The notes: generated by a model not told the origin, from the sequence alone. A stretch of DNA of 18,864 nt from Candidatus Pacearchaeota archaeon CG06_land_8_20_14_3_00_35_12 (GCA_002780285.1 PEVX01000011.1:1-18864), one strand, 5' to 3'. Numbered from the stretch's first letter, positions 7,968 through 16,084 are shown. Numbers and translations are program-made.

Positions 7968-8639
7968 TTAAATTTTTTCAAGAATTTCTGCGCGGATTCC
8001 TTTTTCACGGCAAAGCTCAGTAAATTTTATTGCGTCTCCTGGGCTTCCAATAATGCTGCCATAATGCATTGGAATTGCAATGCTTGCCTTAATCTCAGAA
8101 GCAGCCTCAACAGCCTCTTCTACATCCATTGTAAACTTTCCTCCAATTGGAAGCAGTGCAATAAATGTATTCTCTTTTTTGCCATAGCCAGATAATTTTT
8201 GCATTTCAGGAATCTTGTCGCTGTCTCCTGAATGGTAAATGATTGTATTACCTAACTGAATTACATAGCCTAGCCATCCTTCTGATTTTGGATGCATTGG
8301 CTTATTTGTATTGTAAGCAGGAATTCCAGAAATTTCAATTCCATTTAAGCTGTATCTACCATCAGAAGTCATTAGAACTGTTTCAATTTTTTTATTTATC
8401 TTGGCAATTGATGATTGACAATCTACCGGCGAGAGAATTGTTGTTTTATCACCAACTATTTTTTGCAGGTCTGCAATGCTGCAATGGTCATAATGTGAAT
8501 GAGTTATTAATATAATATCTGCAGGTACAGCAGCTTTTTCACTTAATTGATATGGATCAATGAAAATTATTTTGTTTGCTGCCTTTATTCTAAATCCCGC
8601 ATGTCCTGTCCATTCGATTTCAATGCCGTTGATATTCAT
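7968..8639 (-). CDS. Metallo-beta-lactamase-fold metal-dependent hydrolase (UPF0173-like)
   Basis: The N terminus IEWTGHAGFRI, the ILITHSHYDHC (HxHxDH) motif, and the later YHSGDS and IPMHYG motifs support the call. Its ATG overlaps the gatA stop (ATGA at 8636-8639). Confidence 0.75.
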   Translation of the reverse strand: MNINGIEIEWTGHAGFRIKAANKIIFIDPYQLSEKAAVPADIILITHSHYDHCSIADLQKIVGDKTTILSPVDCQSSIAKINKKIETVLMTSDGRYSLNGIEISGIPAYNTNKPMHPKSEGWLGYVIQLGNTIIYHSGDSDKIPEMQKLSGYGKKENTFIALLPIGGKFTMDVEEAVEAASEIKASIAIPMHYGSIIGSPGDAIKFTELCREKGIRAEILEKI

Positions 8640-9946
8640 TTTTCAGTGAGCTTTTCAAAAGCTCTTGCAACTTGAAGCATTTTTGTTTCTTGAAAAGCAG
8701 AAGCCATTATCTGCATCCCTACTGGAACATCATCAATTTTTCCACAAGGAATTGAAAGAGCACAAATTCCAGACAGGTTCGCAGGAATTGTAAATGCATC
8801 ATAGCTGTACATTTCTTCAGCAGAAATCTTGCTTCCGATTTTATGCGGTAATTTTGGAACAGTTGGGCAAATTATAATATCGCATTCTTTGAATGCTTTT
8901 TCAAAATCTCTTTTAATCAATTCTTTAACTTTCAAAGCTCTGCGGTAGTAAAGCCCATGGAATTCTGCCCTTGAAATTTCACTTCCTCCCAGAATTCTTC
9001 TTAAAACTTCCGGCCCGCAAACTTCTTCTATCTTTTTTCCAAAGCGCCGGCCATCAAATTTCCTTGTTGCAGAAAAAAATTCAACATAACATAAGGGATA
9101 ATATGTCTGAACAGCTAAATCAACATATTTCAAGCTTACAGACTTTTTCTGCCACCCATATTCCTTGCATAATCTTTCAATTGCCTCTTCAATTAATTTA
9201 TTTATTCTTTTATCTTGGCACAATTCTTCAAAGTCCTTGCTTATTCCTATTTTTATTGATTTTGGTATTTTTTCTATTTGTTTGCTGTATTCTGGGATTT
9301 TTACATTAAATGTTGTGGAATCTTTTTCATCATGCCCTGCTATTACCTCAAGCAAAAGCGCTGCATCATGCACTGTTTTTGCAAAAGGCCCGATTTGATC
9401 TAAAGACATTGACAAATCAATCAATCCATATCTTGAAACTAAGCCATAACTCGGTTTAACTCCAATAATATCACAATGTGATGCTGGATTTCTTATGCTT
9501 CCGCCTGTGTCACTTCCTAAACTCACGTCACAGAAGCCTGCAGCAACTGCTGCTGCGCTTCCTGATGAAGAACCACCTGGAATTAAGGCTATTGCTGCAG
9601 GATTTTTTGTAGGCCCGAAATAAGATGTTTCTCCTGAGCTTCCTGATGCAAATTCATCCATATTTGTCATTCCAATAATTATTCCCCCCTCTTCTTTGAT
9701 TTTTTTTATTACTGTTGCATCATATCCTGCCTTGTAATTTTCCAAAGTTCGCGAAGCGCAGGAAGTCTTCATGCCGCGCACGTTTATATTGCTCTTGACT
9801 GCAATAACTTTGCCTGAAAGCTTTCCTTTTCCAGACTCCTTTTCTGCATTTTTGTTTATTTCAAGAATTGCGTTTATCGCCTTGCCTTTTTTGTTGTTTT
9901 TTTCAATTTCATCAAGAAATTGCTTGATTTTTTTCTTTATTTCCAT
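8636..9946 (-). CDS. gatA: Glutamyl/aspartyl-tRNA amidotransferase subunit A (amidase signature family)
   Basis: Amidase signature GGSSSGSAAAVAAGFCDVSLGSDTGGSIRNPAS, plus KSNINVRGMKTSCASRTLENY. GAGAGAGGAAA precedes the ATG (Shine-Dalgarno-like). Confidence 0.9.
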   Translation of the reverse strand: MEIKKKIKQFLDEIEKNNKKGKAINAILEINKNAEKESGKGKLSGKVIAVKSNINVRGMKTSCASRTLENYKAGYDATVIKKIKEEGGIIIGMTNMDEFASGSSGETSYFGPTKNPAAIALIPGGSSSGSAAAVAAGFCDVSLGSDTGGSIRNPASHCDIIGVKPSYGLVSRYGLIDLSMSLDQIGPFAKTVHDAALLLEVIAGHDEKDSTTFNVKIPEYSKQIEKIPKSIKIGISKDFEELCQDKRINKLIEEAIERLCKEYGWQKKSVSLKYVDLAVQTYYPLCYVEFFSATRKFDGRRFGKKIEEVCGPEVLRRILGGSEISRAEFHGLYYRRALKVKELIKRDFEKAFKECDIIICPTVPKLPHKIGSKISAEEMYSYDAFTIPANLSGICALSIPCGKIDDVPVGMQIMASAFQETKMLQVARAFEKLTEK

Positions 9947-10206
9947 TTTCCTCTCTCTGCTTTCAAGTAATCTTGCTCTTTTTCAGGAGCATTTTCAAAC
10001 ATTATATCGCGGAACTTTTTATCCTGCAATGATTTTTTTTCTGACTCCTCTCTTATTTGCTCCTTACGTTCAACAAAAGGCATTTCAGAAATCTCTTTTT
10101 CTACAGAAGCAATTGCTCTTGCAAAAGAATCCATTATCTTCTTGGCTTCTCTTTTAATCTGTTCTGCTTCTTCTTTGGAAACATGGTGCCATAAGAAATT
10201 TTCCAT
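9937..10206 (-). CDS. gatC: Aspartyl/glutamyl-tRNA amidotransferase subunit C (divergent)
   Basis: The 89-aa ORF overlaps the gatA start by 10 nt. The C-terminal pattern IREE...FENAPEKEQDYLKAERG resembles the GatC tail (REDe...NAP..edgyf.vP). Size and position are as expected for gatC. Confidence 0.65.
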   Translation of the reverse strand: MENFLWHHVSKEEAEQIKREAKKIMDSFARAIASVEKEISEMPFVERKEQIREESEKKSLQDKKFRDIMFENAPEKEQDYLKAERGKWK

Positions 10207-10226
10207 AGCACCGAGAAGGAAGGAAG

Positions 10227-10236
10227 ATTTATAAAT
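10227..10236. promoter_or_regulatory. Palindromic TATA box (ATTTATAAAT) between divergent gatC and aspS
   Basis: The 10-bp perfect palindrome is centred at 10231.5. That is 25.5 nt from the gatC ATG (10206, minus strand) and 26.5 nt from the aspS ATG (10258, plus strand). Both sides are purine-rich in the upstream sense (AGGAAG on +, GGCTAA on -). Confidence 0.6.
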
Positions 10237-10257
10237 TTAGCCTTGAATTATATCAAT

Positions 10258-11613
10258 ATGGCAAAGATGAAGTCAGGAAAAGAGGAAAAAAAAGAAGCCC
10301 GCGAAAGAACATATGTTTCAGAGACAAAAAAAGCCGGTGAGAAAGTCTTGCTTAAGGGTTGGATTCATGATGTTAGGGATATTGGCAAAATTAAGTTCTT
10401 GCTTCTTAGAGATGTAACTGGAATTATTCAGATTACTGCCATAATGGGCAAAACCGATGAAAAGGTTTTGGAAAAAATGTCAAAAATTCCCAGAGAATCT
10501 GTAATTTCTATTGAAGGCACTGTAAAGGAAAGCAAGCAGGCTCCTGGAGGATTTGAGGTTTTTCCTGAAAAAATAGAAGTCTTGTCAGAAGCTGATCTAA
10601 ACATTCCCATACCTATTGTTGAAAAAGGAAATTCAGAAACTGATTTGAGCAAAAGATTAGATTGGAGATGGCTAGACTTAAGAAAACCGAAAAATCTGCT
10701 TATTTTCAAAATTTGGACATATATGGAAGAGGCAATGCGCGAATGGTGGGCAAAAAACAATTTCATACAGATTTATTCTCCAAAATTTATGGGTGCTCCA
10801 AGTGAATCTGGAGCAGAATTATTTAGCGTGAATTATTTTGGAAAGGTAGCTTATCTTGCTCAAAGCCCCCAATTTTACAAACAGATGGCAATGGCGTCAG
10901 GATTTGAGAAAATATTTGAAATAGGCCCGGTTTTCAGGGCAAATCCATCACATACCACAAGACATGACACTGAATTTACTATGATTGATATGGAGATTTC
11001 TTTTGTAAATTCACATGAAGATGTAATGAGGACAGAAGAAGAATGGATTGCTTTTATTTTAAGCAAGATTAGTGAAAAATATGGAAAAGAGATAAAAGAA
11101 GTTTTTAATGTGGATGTTGAAGTTCCCAAATTGCCTTTTCCAAGAATAACAATGAAAGAAGCATTAAAATTATTGAAAGAAAAAGGCTATAACTCAAAAG
11201 CAGGAGATTTAGATGCAGAGGGCGAGAAAAAAATATGTGAAATAGTAAAGAAAAAATTTAATCATGATTTTATTTTTATAACAGAATATCCTTATTCAGT
11301 CAGGCCGTTTTATCATATGAAAAAAGAAACAGATCCAGGTTTGACAAAGAGCTATGATTTGATATGGAAAGGACTTGAAATTACAACCGGCGCCCAAAGA
11401 GAGCACAGATATGAGCTATTAAAAAAGCAAGCTGCTGAAAAAAAATTAAATTTGAAAATTATCAATGATTATCTGAACTTTTTTAAATATGGCTGCCCGC
11501 CTCATGGCGGTTTTGGATTAAGCCCTACTCGCTTGTTGATGATTCTGCTAAATCTCGGGAATGTCAGAGAAGCAACATTCTTGCCGAGAGATACTGAGAG
11601 ATTAAATCCATAA
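10258..11613 (+). CDS. aspS: Aspartate--tRNA ligase, archaeal/eukaryotic type (possibly non-discriminating)
   Basis: An N-terminal OB-fold region (VLLKGWIHDVRDIGKIKFLLLRD) is followed by class II motif 2 FRANPSHTTRHDTEFTMIDMEISF and motif 3 GCPPHGGFGLSPTRLLM. I prefer ATG 10258 because the track TTG 10243 lies only 7 nt from the TATA box. Confidence 0.9.
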   Translation: MAKMKSGKEEKKEARERTYVSETKKAGEKVLLKGWIHDVRDIGKIKFLLLRDVTGIIQITAIMGKTDEKVLEKMSKIPRESVISIEGTVKESKQAPGGFEVFPEKIEVLSEADLNIPIPIVEKGNSETDLSKRLDWRWLDLRKPKNLLIFKIWTYMEEAMREWWAKNNFIQIYSPKFMGAPSESGAELFSVNYFGKVAYLAQSPQFYKQMAMASGFEKIFEIGPVFRANPSHTTRHDTEFTMIDMEISFVNSHEDVMRTEEEWIAFILSKISEKYGKEIKEVFNVDVEVPKLPFPRITMKEALKLLKEKGYNSKAGDLDAEGEKKICEIVKKKFNHDFIFITEYPYSVRPFYHMKKETDPGLTKSYDLIWKGLEITTGAQREHRYELLKKQAAEKKLNLKIINDYLNFFKYGCPPHGGFGLSPTRLLMILLNLGNVREATFLPRDTERLNP

Positions 11614-11632
11614 TTAAACCTTAAAAAATAAA

Positions 11633-12064
11633 ATGCCTAAAAGAAAAAAAATTATTAGGAGAGAAAAAGCATTTAGGCAGCCCGCAATAAAATCAAAAAC
11701 AGCATTTATTTTGCTTTTAATCTCTGAAATAATTTTATTTTTCAATGCTGTCTTTTTGTTTTTCTGGAATGGATGGGTTATTGAAACTCTGAAAGGAATG
11801 CAGAATTTAACTTTATTTGGAAAAGTCATTGAATTTTCAGTTCCAACAAGCCTGCAATTAATCCAAACAGGCATCGTTTATGCATTTTTGGGCCTTCTTG
11901 CTATTTTCAGTTATATGAGAATAATGAAAGAGCAAAGACTATGGGTATGGTTCTTACTTATAATAAGTTTTTTTGCATTGATGGTTGGTAGATTTGACGC
12001 AGGAATTTTAATGCTCATTGCAACAATAATTTATTTTGACAAGTTCAAGAAAGCTGGAAGATAA
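11633..12064 (+). CDS. Small integral membrane protein, unknown function (about 4 TM segments)
   Basis: The 143-aa ORF has hydrophobic stretches AFILLLISEIILFFNAVFLFFW, GIVYAFLGLLAIFSYM, VWFLLIISFFALMVG and GILMLIATIIYF. It starts 19 nt after aspS. I recognise no family motif. Confidence 0.5.
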   Translation: MPKRKKIIRREKAFRQPAIKSKTAFILLLISEIILFFNAVFLFFWNGWVIETLKGMQNLTLFGKVIEFSVPTSLQLIQTGIVYAFLGLLAIFSYMRIMKEQRLWVWFLLIISFFALMVGRFDAGILMLIATIIYFDKFKKAGR

Positions 12065-13522
12065 TTATCTTATTTTTCTTTTCAGAATTTCTATTATCTC
12101 TTTTCCTTCAACTTTTCCTTTGAATTTCTGCATTGCCAAGCCCATATATGCGCCAATGCTTAAATTTGGCTTTTCTTTCAGGATTTTATCAATTTCATTT
12201 TCAATTTCATTGCTTGAAATTGCAGAGGTTTTATGTTTAGGAATTGCTTTTTCAAGAGAAATGCCTTTTGAGACATCAGTCATTAAATCTTTAATGCTTG
12301 ATTCTGAAATCTCATCTTTTGTTAATGCCCTGAACAAATTTTTGATTATTTCGCCTGTCATCTTTTCATTAATATGCTCAATTGGAATTTTTTCATGGCT
12401 TGAAATCTCTTTTGGGTAAAGAATCAGGATTTTGTAGATTAAAAGTGGGCTTGCTTTTGAAAATTCTTTTGCAAGAGCCTGAAATTGCTCTGTTTTGTTT
12501 TCATCAATAATTATTGATGCAAATTCATTGCTCAATTTGTATTTTGACATTAATTCGAGCTTTATTTCTGATTTTAATTTTGGCAGGTTTGCCTGAAGTT
12601 TTTTGATTAATTCTTTGCTTATGTAAACCAATGGAACGTCTGTTTCAGGATACATTCTTGCAGCTCCTGGCAATGGTCTGAGAAAGACTGTGCTGCCATC
12701 AGGCTCTGCTCTTCTGACTGTTTCTTCAACTTTCTTTTTTTGTTTCACTAATTCATGCTGTCTTTGAATTTCATTCTCAATTGTTTTTGGGATTAAATTT
12801 GGCTCTTGAACGCCTTTGATTTCTGTTCTCGCTCCGCCTGAGATGCTCAGGTTAACATCCTGCCTGATTGTTCCAATCCCTCGCTTGACTTTGCAGGCGC
12901 GCAAAATCTCGCCGATTTTCAACGCGACTTCTTTTGCCTCTTCTGGAAGAAAGATTTCAGGCCCTGTGACTATTTCAACCAAAGGGATTCCAAGCCTGTC
13001 TAATCTGAAAATTGTTGTTTTTTCAGTGCGCTTTATTGCTCTTGCAGCGTCTTCTTCAAGGCAAATGGCTGGAATAGAAATCTTTTTTTTATTTTCAAGT
13101 TCTACAAAGCCGTTTTTTGCAATTATTAATGTTCTTTGGAATCCTGAAGTATTACTTCCGTCAATAACTGTTTTTCTCATTACCTGGCTGACTTCAACAG
13201 GCTTTGCATTAAGTAATAAAGAAATTTGCAGCGCGATTTCAAGGGCTTCTTGATCTATTTCCATAGGCGGGGATTCATCAAATTCTATCTCACAAGTTGT
13301 ATCTTTATAGCCTTGATAAATAAATTCCTTGCCTTTTTCATATTCATGCAATGCGGCAATGTCTGTTACTCCTGTTTCTCCGGCAACTGCATACATTTTT
13401 CTTTTTACAATAACGTCCGGCTCGTCCTCCCTTAAAATAGAGGGGCACCTACAGAATAGTTTACTAGTGTCTAGTTGCTGGTGTATTTCTAAACCTATTT
13501 TAAGCCCAAGATTCTTATCCAT
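12065..13522 (-). CDS. gatE: Glutamyl-tRNA(Gln) amidotransferase subunit E (short form, 485 aa)
   Basis: Motifs are GLKIGLEIHQQLDTSKLFCRCP, CEIEFDESPP, MRKTVIDGSNTSGFQRTLIIAKNG (GatE-specific, versus the GatB PDLPKGYQ motif), LDRLGIPLVEIVTGP and LRPLPGAARMYPETD. A C-terminal YqeY-like tail is also present. Confidence 0.85.
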   Translation of the reverse strand: MDKNLGLKIGLEIHQQLDTSKLFCRCPSILREDEPDVIVKRKMYAVAGETGVTDIAALHEYEKGKEFIYQGYKDTTCEIEFDESPPMEIDQEALEIALQISLLLNAKPVEVSQVMRKTVIDGSNTSGFQRTLIIAKNGFVELENKKKISIPAICLEEDAARAIKRTEKTTIFRLDRLGIPLVEIVTGPEIFLPEEAKEVALKIGEILRACKVKRGIGTIRQDVNLSISGGARTEIKGVQEPNLIPKTIENEIQRQHELVKQKKKVEETVRRAEPDGSTVFLRPLPGAARMYPETDVPLVYISKELIKKLQANLPKLKSEIKLELMSKYKLSNEFASIIIDENKTEQFQALAKEFSKASPLLIYKILILYPKEISSHEKIPIEHINEKMTGEIIKNLFRALTKDEISESSIKDLMTDVSKGISLEKAIPKHKTSAISSNEIENEIDKILKEKPNLSIGAYMGLAMQKFKGKVEGKEIIEILKRKIR

Positions 13523-14743
13523 TTTAGTATATTCATTAATTAAATGTTTATAATATTAACTTCTATTAATAATTGTATTAAAAAAATCTTTCAATACTCC
13601 ACTACAGAAAATTGGCTCGTTTTTACATGTATAAATAGGTTTTATATCAAAAACATTTTCAACTATTCTTAATATCTCACTAAAATTTTCATTAAAGGAA
13701 TTTATATAATTCTTAGAAAAAGAGATTCCTCCATCCCTAATCCTAACAAATTTCCCAATTTTGAGCATATCTTTATCAAAAAACAAAGGTAGCCTCACAG
13801 AATTTTTAGATCCTTTACTTTTTTTAAATCTATATTTATTTAATTCTTTTAAGATTTTCTCTGTTTTTATTCCTCTTTTTCTCATTAATAAAATAATTTC
13901 ATTAAATTTAACATTAGACCTATGATATTTTTTATCTCCATATTTAACTAAAAGTTCCCTTCCATTTTCTACAAAGATAGTATCATTAAATATTTTATTA
14001 TATTCTATAATACCCCCCCGAATTTTTATATTGTTTTTAACAAAAAAATCTTTATCTTTTAATTTTTGATCTAATAATCTAGCTTTTAAAGGATGAATAA
14101 ATCCTATTTTTTTAGCAAAATCTCTAAAAGAAACACTTCTTATCAAAATAATATAAGATACCTCTTTTCCCCTTTTTGATTCATATTTTGAAAATAAAAT
14201 TTTATTCTTAATTAAATAATTTGCAAAAGATTCTATTATTCCTTTGCTCATAGATTCTACAGCTATTCTTCTAGACTTTCTTGCAATAGAACCATCTCCA
14301 TCTAAATATCCTACCCAAAAATCTTTTTCATATACAGAATTTTTATATATGGTGGGGATATCTATAATTCTTGATTTATCTCCAGGTTGAAGTTTTAAAT
14401 ATTTAATAAATAATTCTGCTAGGTTTTTCTCTCTAAAGCTTAAAACAAATCGATTCCCCCTTTTTCTTATTCCTCTTAATTTTTTTCCTAAGAAATTTTC
14501 AAGAATTCGTTTAATAGTTAAAATATGATTTAAAGAATATCTAAGCTCTTTATCATAAGGAGAACCATCAACAAATTCAAATCTATATCCCCTCTCCGTT
14601 TTGTAAAATGAACCATCTGCCATGAAATTCCCAATAAGGTAAGCAAAATTAGAATTATTAATGTTTTTCATAAAGAATTAAATAAATCAAACTTTAAATA
14701 TCTTTCTATTTCATCTAATTCTACTAAGCAAGAAAAAGAAGCT
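13523..14743 (-). mobile_element. Putative free-standing homing-endonuclease cassette occupying the whole gatD-gatE spacer
   Basis: The segment holds the LAGLIDADG ORF plus its own TATA box. G+C drops sharply: sampled 60-nt lines give 25% (13561-13620) and 18% (14041-14100), against 32-52% in sampled gatE lines. I did not spot terminal repeats. Confidence 0.45.
13556..14671 (-). CDS. Double-motif LAGLIDADG homing endonuclease-like protein with C-terminal extension
   Basis: There are two LAGLIDADG motifs about 108 aa apart, FAYLIGNFMADGSFYK (aa 9-24) and FWVGYLDGDGSIARK (aa 118-132). An extra C-terminal region of about 150 aa includes a helix-turn-helix-like stretch (FNEIILLMRKRGIKTEKILKELN). 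Confidence 0.8.
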   Translation of the reverse strand: MKNINNSNFAYLIGNFMADGSFYKTERGYRFEFVDGSPYDKELRYSLNHILTIKRILENFLGKKLRGIRKRGNRFVLSFREKNLAELFIKYLKLQPGDKSRIIDIPTIYKNSVYEKDFWVGYLDGDGSIARKSRRIAVESMSKGIIESFANYLIKNKILFSKYESKRGKEVSYIILIRSVSFRDFAKKIGFIHPLKARLLDQKLKDKDFFVKNNIKIRGGIIEYNKIFNDTIFVENGRELLVKYGDKKYHRSNVKFNEIILLMRKRGIKTEKILKELNKYRFKKSKGSKNSVRLPLFFDKDMLKIGKFVRIRDGGISFSKNYINSFNENFSEILRIVENVFDIKPIYTCKNEPIFCSGVLKDFFNTIINRS

Positions 14744-16054
14744 TTATAAGAATTCCTCTTCTGAAAGTCTGTCATTAAATTCTCCGACTAAATTTTCTTG
14801 AAGCTTTTGTTTTGCAAGCTCAATATTTTTTTTGTATTCTTTCTGGCCGAGAAGCCAGCCAAGTTTCACAAAAGCTGTTTCAGCAGACATGTCTTTTCCA
14901 GAAATAACTCCGGCTTCAAGCAAATCTCTGCCTGTTGAATATACATTCATATTCACGCGGCCGAATATGCATTGGCTTGTCATAACAAGAATTTTTCCCT
15001 GTTTATTGAATTTTTTTAAAATTTCGAGCATTTTTGCATGGTCTTTTGTTATTTCATCTAAAACATTTATGCCTAAATGCCCGAGCCCTGTTCCTTCAAA
15101 AATAATTCCGTCATAATCTTCACAAAAAGAAAGTTCTTTGCTTTTGAAGCCAGGATGAGCTTTTATCAGAGCAATATTATCATTGAAGCAGATATTTGTT
15201 TCTGGCTTTCTTTTTTTGTCTCTTTTTATGTAATTTTCAGTCAGGAAACGAATATTTTCTTTTGTTACAAGAGCGATTGGCTTTGAATTTACTGGCTTGA
15301 AAGCATCACGCCTGCTTGTATGAAGCTTGCGGCATTTAGTTCCACTCATAATCGCGCACTCCTTGTCTTCTGAAGAAGAATGCATGCATATTGCAACTCC
15401 AGAAAAATCAGATTCTGCTGCAAATTTTATAGCGCAAATCAGATTAAGAAAGGAGTCAGAACTCCCTCTGTCGCTTGAACGCTGGCTTGCTGTTAAAATA
15501 ATTGGAATTGGAGAATCCTGAATCATGAACGATAAAGCAGCGCCTGTATGATGCAGCGTGTCTGTTCCATGAGTTATTATAATTCCGTCAGCGCCTTTTC
15601 CTATTTCTTTTTTTACTTCTTCTGCAAGCTTTAGCCAGTGCTCTGGTTCCATATCTTCTGAGAACATTTGGAAAACAACTCTTGCATCTATATTTGCAAT
15701 TTTGCCAAGCTCAGGAAACATTTCCAAAATTTCTTTTGCAGAAATTTTTGCAGAGACAGCTCCTGTTCTGTAATCGACTTTGCTTGCAATTGTCCCGCCC
15801 GTATGCAAGATTGTAATTTTTGGCAGGCCTTTTTTCTCTTTGTTTTGCTTGCCTTCTGCTGATTTTTCTTCTTTGTGTTTATAGCTTTCAAGAATTTTCA
15901 TGCTTTTTATTTCTGATTTTGAAATTCCCTGGTTATATCCTGATTTTAATTTGATTAAAATAATTTTTGAGTCGTGCGACTCTAAAAGAAAGCCAGAGAT
16001 AACCTCCTCAGAGGTTTTAATCTCGATTAAATCGCCTGTTTTTGCCTCAGCCAT
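14744..16054 (-). CDS. gatD: Glutamyl-tRNA(Gln) amidotransferase subunit D (asparaginase-like)
   Basis: Asparaginase-family motifs ILHTGGTIASKVDYRTGAV and IIITHGTDTLHHTGAALSF follow an N-terminal GatD-type domain (GDLIEIKT...IKLKSGYNQGI). I prefer ATG 16054 to the track TTG 16069 because a TATA box sits at 16075-16084. Confidence 0.9.
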   Translation of the reverse strand: MAEAKTGDLIEIKTSEEVISGFLLESHDSKIILIKLKSGYNQGISKSEIKSMKILESYKHKEEKSAEGKQNKEKKGLPKITILHTGGTIASKVDYRTGAVSAKISAKEILEMFPELGKIANIDARVVFQMFSEDMEPEHWLKLAEEVKKEIGKGADGIIITHGTDTLHHTGAALSFMIQDSPIPIILTASQRSSDRGSSDSFLNLICAIKFAAESDFSGVAICMHSSSEDKECAIMSGTKCRKLHTSRRDAFKPVNSKPIALVTKENIRFLTENYIKRDKKRKPETNICFNDNIALIKAHPGFKSKELSFCEDYDGIIFEGTGLGHLGINVLDEITKDHAKMLEILKKFNKQGKILVMTSQCIFGRVNMNVYSTGRDLLEAGVISGKDMSAETAFVKLGWLLGQKEYKKNIELAKQKLQENLVGEFNDRLSEEEFL

Positions 16055-16074
16055 GATAAGCGAAGCCAAGGATG

Positions 16075-16084
16075 ATATAAAAAA
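16075..16084 (-). promoter_or_regulatory. TATA box for gatD (leaderless spacing)
   Basis: Minus-strand TTTTTTATAT is centred about 25 nt upstream of ATG 16054. Confidence 0.5.

Noticed and set aside
7500-8515. Plus-strand ORFs of 61, 94 and 90 aa
   Set aside because: They are antisense to taw3 and the MBL hydrolase. They are shadow ORFs.
8971-10157. Plus-strand ORFs of 112, 77 and 128 aa
   Set aside because: They are antisense to gatA and gatC. The F/L/S-rich translations are typical of the reverse strand of AT-rich genes.
10428-11129. Minus-strand ORFs of 112 and 84 aa inside aspS
   Set aside because: They are antisense to a gene with clear class II aaRS motifs.
11614-11874. 86-aa minus-strand ORF overlapping the small membrane protein gene
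   Set aside because: It would have to begin inside the opposing gene with no promoter space. The plus-strand ORF has coherent TM segments and follows aspS in operon fashion.
12036-13553. Plus-strand ORFs (127, 145, 69 and 74 aa) across gatE
   Set aside because: They are antisense to a gene with strong GatE motifs.
13556-14671. The LAGLIDADG ORF interpreted as an intein or intron-encoded endonuclease
   Set aside because: It is not in frame with, or embedded in, gatD or gatE. Both host genes have complete termini with their own stop and start codons, and no intron-like RNA structure or host exon is apparent. I therefore treat it as free-standing.
16055-16069. TTG 16069 as the gatD start; likewise TTG 10243 for aspS, TTG 1439 for the transglutaminase-like gene and TTG 763 for the Lys-rich gene
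   Set aside because: In-frame ATGs lie 15-33 nt downstream. For gatD and aspS a TATA box sits only 6-7 nt from the TTG, which would place the TTG outside the transcript. For the transglutaminase-like gene the ATG begins a clean signal peptide.
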